A stretch of DNA of 35,874 bases from Hausera hauseri (Eukaryota), in contig JBJURY010555449.1 in the NCBI GenBank assembly GCA_046269625.1, positions 1 to 35,874 on the forward strand, written 5' to 3'. Below the pieces are notes generated by a model. The model did not search any database and was not told where the DNA came from. It saw only the letters and a list, made by a program, of their open reading frames with translations. This document shows, in pieces, positions 35,601 to 35,874 of the stretch (positions are counted from its first letter, which is position 1; every line of letters begins with the position of its first letter). Both the position numbers and the translations under genes were made by a program.

Positions 35601-35874
35601 AGTTATCTGGACTCTGTGGGTAACACGGGTACTGCCGGAGTGGTCACGGTGACGGTAGACACTGTTCCGCCCGATGCGGTGGATCTGAGTGCCACCGATG
35701 GTACGCAAGCTACCGCCAGCGTGACCGTGAATGCCAGCGAGGCATCTGCCGGCAAGGCAGTGGCGGCCAATATACAGGCTCCCACCGCCACTCAGGCCGA
35801 TGTGGCCGCCATCAAGCTGGTCATGGGTGGTGCCGCTCTTGATACCGCCAATGACAAGCTGGTGCTCGATGCAG
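20652..35874 (+). CDS. Third giant repetitive Ig-like surface protein / adhesin, 3'-truncated by the window end (>=5074 aa); paralog of genes 1 and 2
   Basis: Hand translation from ATG 20652: MKKNNDIDVMDKAELADHEKAKAVRKRVKG...MLPAGLWGAALTAGVAIVSGG...TAAGPFTSGITITLYKADG...NVTPLTEVATRQAGL. The same frame reads as repeat protein at spot checks 26268, 33246, 35670 and the last codons (VMGGAALDTANDKLVLDA). The ORF track lists no closed ORF in this frame, consistent with no stop. Confidence 0.93.
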   Translation, partial: MKKNNDIDVMDKAELADHEKAKAVRKRVKGSGEPPGDAHREVAQEVAAKQKSATGSRKRKRIVEEDEDQVLEAGKKQASDTDAGEVSPRGKSGDELDPSVPESEDAMLAESGKTTVTQESSRKAGGSLALDGADGAPLVASAPLVASMLPAGLWGAALTAGVAIVSGGSSGGGTASGSSGTTPPTTTTPTPQGNVVTVQTAAGPFTSGITITLYKADGSVLATGAADDKGKISLNVGSYSGAILVQVKDANATAANYRDESSRQMTDLGATILRAVGVVVPGTTLINVTPLTEVATRQAGLTNAADTGLAAAGVTETKIAAANKAVAQLFLNKAADISTLTPTLTVDINGNAVPNPDTYGKVLAVLSGHAAQPSAGSATPKGVSASLTEISNLISVPGGGTATDVQAVPGLSKIMVQGATQYNQTAAATSAPVISSANDPDVARLLGVGSPVIALGTGVDGGATSAEAVQNSGVITVNAASGSAVDVIFSNGARTIVKTVTGSGSALPVSLTGADVAVLGDGTINVSATAKNAGNASPIGSTSFVLDTVAPVVNVTTSKLALTGSGDTAQITFTFSEKPVGFDKTKLLISGGTLSTPTTDGSGLVYTATLTQDTSGKVPSVAVAAAGYTDTAGNSGGFGASPVFSVANAPTVSVTSSASRLKSGDTAVITFNFSEPVTGFSYTSIYTFGGVISNLTGSGASYTATFTPLANSTAKPSITVQANSYQSISGKMGMASTSPDMTVDTIPPSLVVTSDKTTLKSGDIANITFSFSEPVTGFDVSKVVLTGGALSSWVAGSDGKSYTAVFTPTDKSEVKGQISIAAKNSYVDAVGNPGNTDSILPLTIDTLVPNAPVIALGTGVSDGATLVKATQASGVITVDAEKNAQLVVTFSNGAAQVVRALTGQGAAQAVSLSASETTLLGDGVISVKATVTDVAGNVSPVTTSSFTLDASPPAKPVLTIKAGQDAYINASETGVDIEVASANMAVGDKIQLKLASTNLGTPYTVTASDVAAGKATLNVARTSLSADGLKTITAVMTDSAGNVSSPSDVLSVTVDSVLPAAPVLALGTGIADGATRAEATQTSGVVTVKAEAGASVVVSFAGISSNVVKTVIGTGAAQPVVLSANDLTTLGEGAVQVQVTVTDAAGNASNATVSSSFVLDTIAPADPVLSLGAGIADGATKAKATQASGVVSVSAEDKSKVEVAFTSGGKTVTKMVTGTGAVQAVTLAAGDLGGVNGLPDGSVTVSVKATDAAGNVSAIVSSSFVLDTTAPATPTIALGVGVDNGASLSEGTQSTGVVTVNAENNATTVVTFAGVSGSVVKTITGSGAAQPVVLQKSELTQLGDGTVTVTAKATDVVGNVSSVASTGFLLDTVPPTATISSDKTVIAAGTTAQMTFTFSEAITGFSLGNVQTQGGTLSGLTGSGKVFKATFTADNTDTEPSVVLVANSYTDLVGNPGVAANATSITKNPNVPSVTINSDKTALKVGETAVLTFTFSKAVAGFDATDITPVNGTVSGFTATSSTVFTATFTPSVKFTGQGSVSVGAGSYTSADAKFQGLAGVFSLSVDTDPPAAPVIDLGTGVSSGASLAKATQSSGVVTVNAESGASVAVTFVGTANQQVIKTVTGAGVSTAQKVTLDASDLTKLGEGAVTVTAVATDQAGNTSTSANNTFRLDITPPSALTLALANDTGALSTDGITKIGTVNISGLETGATWQYSTNGGTNWTTGSSTSFTLSAGTYASGQIQVRQADTAGNVSQTTAINSTVVVDFTSPSLTITSDKTALKSGDTATITFTFSEAVSGFEASKVAVSGGTLGTVTVNSSDPKIYTAVFTPSPSSTLTPSITVSSGSYTDIAGNNGLAATGPTIKVDTKAPDAVDLAAISGTQAVASISMNVAESASGKTIAPDVQPPAATDIVAIRVAMGGGFDSANDKLVLDADVALGSNVAKLSGKTIGGVSGVSYEYSSVDKTLTLSSTSGAAFTPAQVHDLVAAIKFKSSSTVQSDRTIAFSYQDGVGNIGTAGTVTLQMKTVTPTVTNVAIAGFDAAGNAKSTTLALGDKVKVTLTTSTNVVVTGTPTYAIDMDSGAGKLAKYVSGSGSSSLVFEYTIAAGDSESAGGITSTSGALALEGGSIKDSTNGNEMSMTMPVVTVSTNSVVVDTGAPTITAVAISGTTSTGTTKTGTLVAGDKVKVTLTASEKVKVSGVPTYDIDLDGTTKQASYVSGDGTSSLVFEYVVGSGDVDNAGGITAATNALKIPSSGSIKDLSGNSLTMTMPLVGASANSVVVDAQAPVVSSVVISGVDASGNSKGGVLLAGDKIRVSVTASETVTVTGTPTYAIDLDSGTGKLAKYVSGSGSSTLVFEYVIVTGDNESVDGVVAGTTALALAGGTLKDAAGNDMNLATPAVLAKANTITVDTVPPTINTVTITGVDSTGTSKTSLMAGDKVRVTVTASEVVTVTGTAPTYDISLNGVTRKAVYAKGSGSQNLVFEYEVVSGDTDNSGGITTTTSSLTLPSGTTIKDQMGNPLSSMTMPLAATNTIVVDTTSPTVSAVAITGADTTGAAKTTTLIAGDKILVTVTSSEAVTVTGSPTYTISVGNSTRTATYKTGSGTTSLVFEYAVASGDNLSAGGVTATSTALALASGTLKDAAGNPLDLAVPGITSNTNSIVIDAVPPVIDKVAISGLDASNNAKSTGLVAGDKVRVTLTASETVVVSGTPTYDINLNGTTKTASYVSGTNTSTLIFEYVVASGDLDNAGGITASTSALKASGSASIKDAVGNSLSMTMPAVGVDANTVSVDAVAPTVTAVAISGVDSSGKAKSGTLVIGDKVRVTVSVSENVTVTETPTYAINLDSGSSKLAKYVGGSGSGSLTFEYVIVSGDNDNTGGITASTSALALAGGTIKDAAGNALGLTVPAVGTPPNTVVVDGVAPKITNVAITGADSAGTAKTTLMAGDKIKVTLTASEDIVVSGTPTYTIDIGGISQTASYASGSGTKKLVFEYVVAPGDVDNSGGITSASDALGLFSGASIKDTVGNNLGTTMPSSDTNTLVVDTTAPTVSSVTISGVDATGTAKSSPLAAGDKVRVTLTGSEVMVVTGTPTYAINLDSGSGKLAKYVSGSGSSSLVFEYVVAAGDADSTDGVTANKGALALAGGSVTDVAGNALNLTVSAIAAKANTVSVDALVPSITAVAMSAVDSSNVAKTATLVAGDKIRVALTVSELVNVNTSGGTPTYAIDLNGETRKASYVSGSGSTGLIFEYVVVAGDTDNAGGITSGTSALALSGGTIKDAMGNSISTTTPSISASTNTIVVDTTAPVADAVTISGVDSTGSSKSGTLVVGDKIQVTLTMSEAVAVTGKPTYAINVGGKMKTATYTGGDGTNKLTFEYTVATGDADNFGGITAAKDALSGTIKDKAGNTMTSMEVPPVVASTNSLVVDASSPNITGVVISGTNSTGVAKSGTLTAGDKVRVTLTSDEALTVTGTPTYAINLDSGSGKLAKYVSGSGTDTLVFEYVVAASDTDSSGGVLSASNALAMPTGASIKDAVGNAVNMVMPTVSSNANSVAIDAAAPTVSSVAISGVDSSGNAKSTLVAGDKVQVKVVTSKAVTVTGTPTYAIDLDNGTGKLAKYVSGSGTTTSPLLFEYVVVAGDKDTAGGIVSGTSALVLPSGSSIVDAAGNAMVLDTLAVSANTNTLKVDTTPPIVSAVAITGWNSAGTTEKSPLMAGDKVKVALAIDKSVTVTGTALTYAIDLGGSSKNATYDSAASTSTSLVFYYTVASGDTDSSGGITTGSDALVIASGSSVKDSLGNNLSTASIPSAATNTLAVDTTAPTVSSVVISGTDSTGAAKTTTLGAGDKIKVVITTSEAVTVTGTPAYTVGVGSNNRDATYVSGSPGTSLTFSYTVVSSDLDTSGGITASANALAQVSSSTIKDAAGNALVLTTSAISSNTNTVAVNGDMLTVTSVGITSATGIQNSLLNAGDVVVVKVVMSKATTVTGTPQLGLVIGTTSVTATYDSGSGTTDLLFKYTILAGQTDTNGISIPANAISLNGGTLKDSNGVDAVITHAAVTDNASYMVDTTSPVISSAVISGITSAGVAKTLPLQQSDKIKVVVTLSENVTVTGSPTYTLDVGGSNKSATYDSAASTATTLVFYYTVANGDNATSGKVTSATTPLGLSGVTITDAAGNSLVTTNAAAASNTLIVDTLSPDAVDLSATGGTQATASVTINAAEAAAGKAVAANIQAPTATLDDVAAIKLVMGGAALDTANDKLVLDADLSLASSTTGKVLNKTINGVTGVDYQYDSTIKTLTLSKNGGGVFTNAQVKDIASGILFKTTSTTVGERTVTINYTDQANNNGTTGVVTLTVDAAVPDAVDLSATSGTQATATVTVNATESVSGKAIAPGIQTPTAKDITTITLQMGGAGFDSANDKLVLDADLSLASSTAGKVTNKTIGSASGVDYQYDLASKTVVFTKNNGGVFDSSDVSKLIAAIKFKTSASANQSDRSMTISYADAVGNTSAKGVVTLKVDSQAPDAVDLDSAGGTQATATVNISAADVASGKAIAPNIQEPNASDITTVTLSIGGAGFDSANDKLVLDADVSLSGNVAKVTNKTIGGVGGVDYVYDAVSKVLTLTKTDGSAFSNTLIDNMIAAIKFKTVATAAQGNRTVTINYADAANNVGTAGVVTLKVDTVAPDAVALSADSNTQATSTVTVNASEATAGKAIAPTLQKPTTASDITQIKLALAGNLDTNSDKLVLDTDLSLASSTTGKVTNKTVSGVSGIDYQYDSASKTLILTKNNGDAFSGMEVSGLMNGIKFKTAATGAMQGDRTATISYVDGFGNVGTSGKVTVTVSTNAPDAVDLSADTGTQAASVVMVSATEASAGKAIAPGIQQPVSTIITGVKLALSGVDATNDRLVLDGNLGLGSSAQASNRTIGGVSGVDYAYDSTSKVLMLTKNGGGAFQVAQVNAMVAGISFKTASSGATQGDRTVTISYLDSVGNTGTAGVVTVTVDTVPPDAVDLSATDGTQATASVTVNASEASAGKAVAANIQAPTATQADVAAIKLVMGGAALDTANDKLVLDA
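21055..21092 (+). repeat. Perfect 18-bp tandem duplication (APLVAS x2), in frame
   Basis: GTGCTCCATTAGTGGCCA at 21055-21072 and 21073-21090, plus GT. Confidence 0.9.
21231..21995 (+). other. N-terminal copy of the bookend domain in gene 3
   Basis: AAGPFTSG..YKADG..GSYSGAIL..DAN..NYRDESS..DLGATILR..VTPLTEVATRQAGL..VAQLFL..YGKVLAVLSG..QGATQYN. Confidence 0.8.
25680..25960 (+). other. Single Big_13/Bap-like Ig domain
   Basis: LALANDTGALSTDGITKIGTVNISGLETGATWQYSTNGGTNW...QVRQADTAGN, the 'DTG...DGIT' type. It is the only copy I see in the window. Confidence 0.6.
26740..33243 (+). repeat. Tandem array of 17 ~127-aa beta-rich modules in gene 3
   Basis: Consensus P.V..VAISG.D..G..K...L.AGDKV.VT.T.SE.VTVTGTPTY.I.L......A.Y.SGSG...LVFEY.V..GD.D..GGIT....AL....IKD..GN; average period ~382 nt. 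Confidence 0.85.
33246..35874 (+). repeat. Tandem array of ~161-aa 'PDAVDL...NDKLVLD...Y.YD..SK.L.L.K..G...IKFK....RT..I.Y.D..GN' modules (5 complete + 1 partial; a lone copy at 26268-26740)
   Basis: Unit starts at 33246, 33735, 34221, 34704, 35193 and 35670 (spacings 477-489 nt). Confidence 0.88.

Noticed and set aside
650-35791. Numerous long minus-strand ORFs (up to 635 aa, e.g. 15009-16916, 23540-24799, 12309-13490) and short out-of-frame plus ORFs
   Set aside because: Shadow ORFs of the giant genes: the biased codon usage rarely yields antisense stops, and their sequences mirror the repeats.
473-35874. Assigning lapA, bapA or siiE gene symbols, or naming the organism
   Set aside because: Only generic BIg-repeat similarity; the termini do not match those proteins as I know them, and no taxonomic marker is in the window.

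Overview
The window is almost entirely a co-oriented (+ strand) tandem array of three paralogous giant, Ser/Thr/Gly/Ala/Val-rich, repetitive surface proteins built from bacterial Ig-like domains (adhesin/Bap-like). Gene 1 is ~473-7192 (~2240 aa) and gene 2 is ~7318-20589 (~4420 aa). Gene 3 starts at ATG 20652, stays open to the window end (>=5074 codons) and is absent from the ORF track because it has no stop. All three share one N-terminal plan: a charged low-complexity tail, a Gly/Ala-rich hydrophobic segment with a Trp, a Ser/Thr linker, a ~240-aa non-repeat 'AGP...NY.DE...LR...TPLTE...YG..LA.LS' domain, then Ig-like repeats. The most striking feature is that both complete proteins carry a second, diverged copy of that domain at the extreme C-terminus, so the Ig stalk is bookended by it. 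I see no RTX repeats, Sec signal peptide, sortase motif or autotransporter barrel, and no secretion genes lie in the window. Also visible: a sigma70-like promoter and a 16-bp palindrome upstream, a recent 3 x 318-bp triplication, a 17-copy and a 7-copy array of larger modules in gene 3, and a window end that looks like an assembly break in a repeat. Domain-family names are from memory of the motifs, not from a search.
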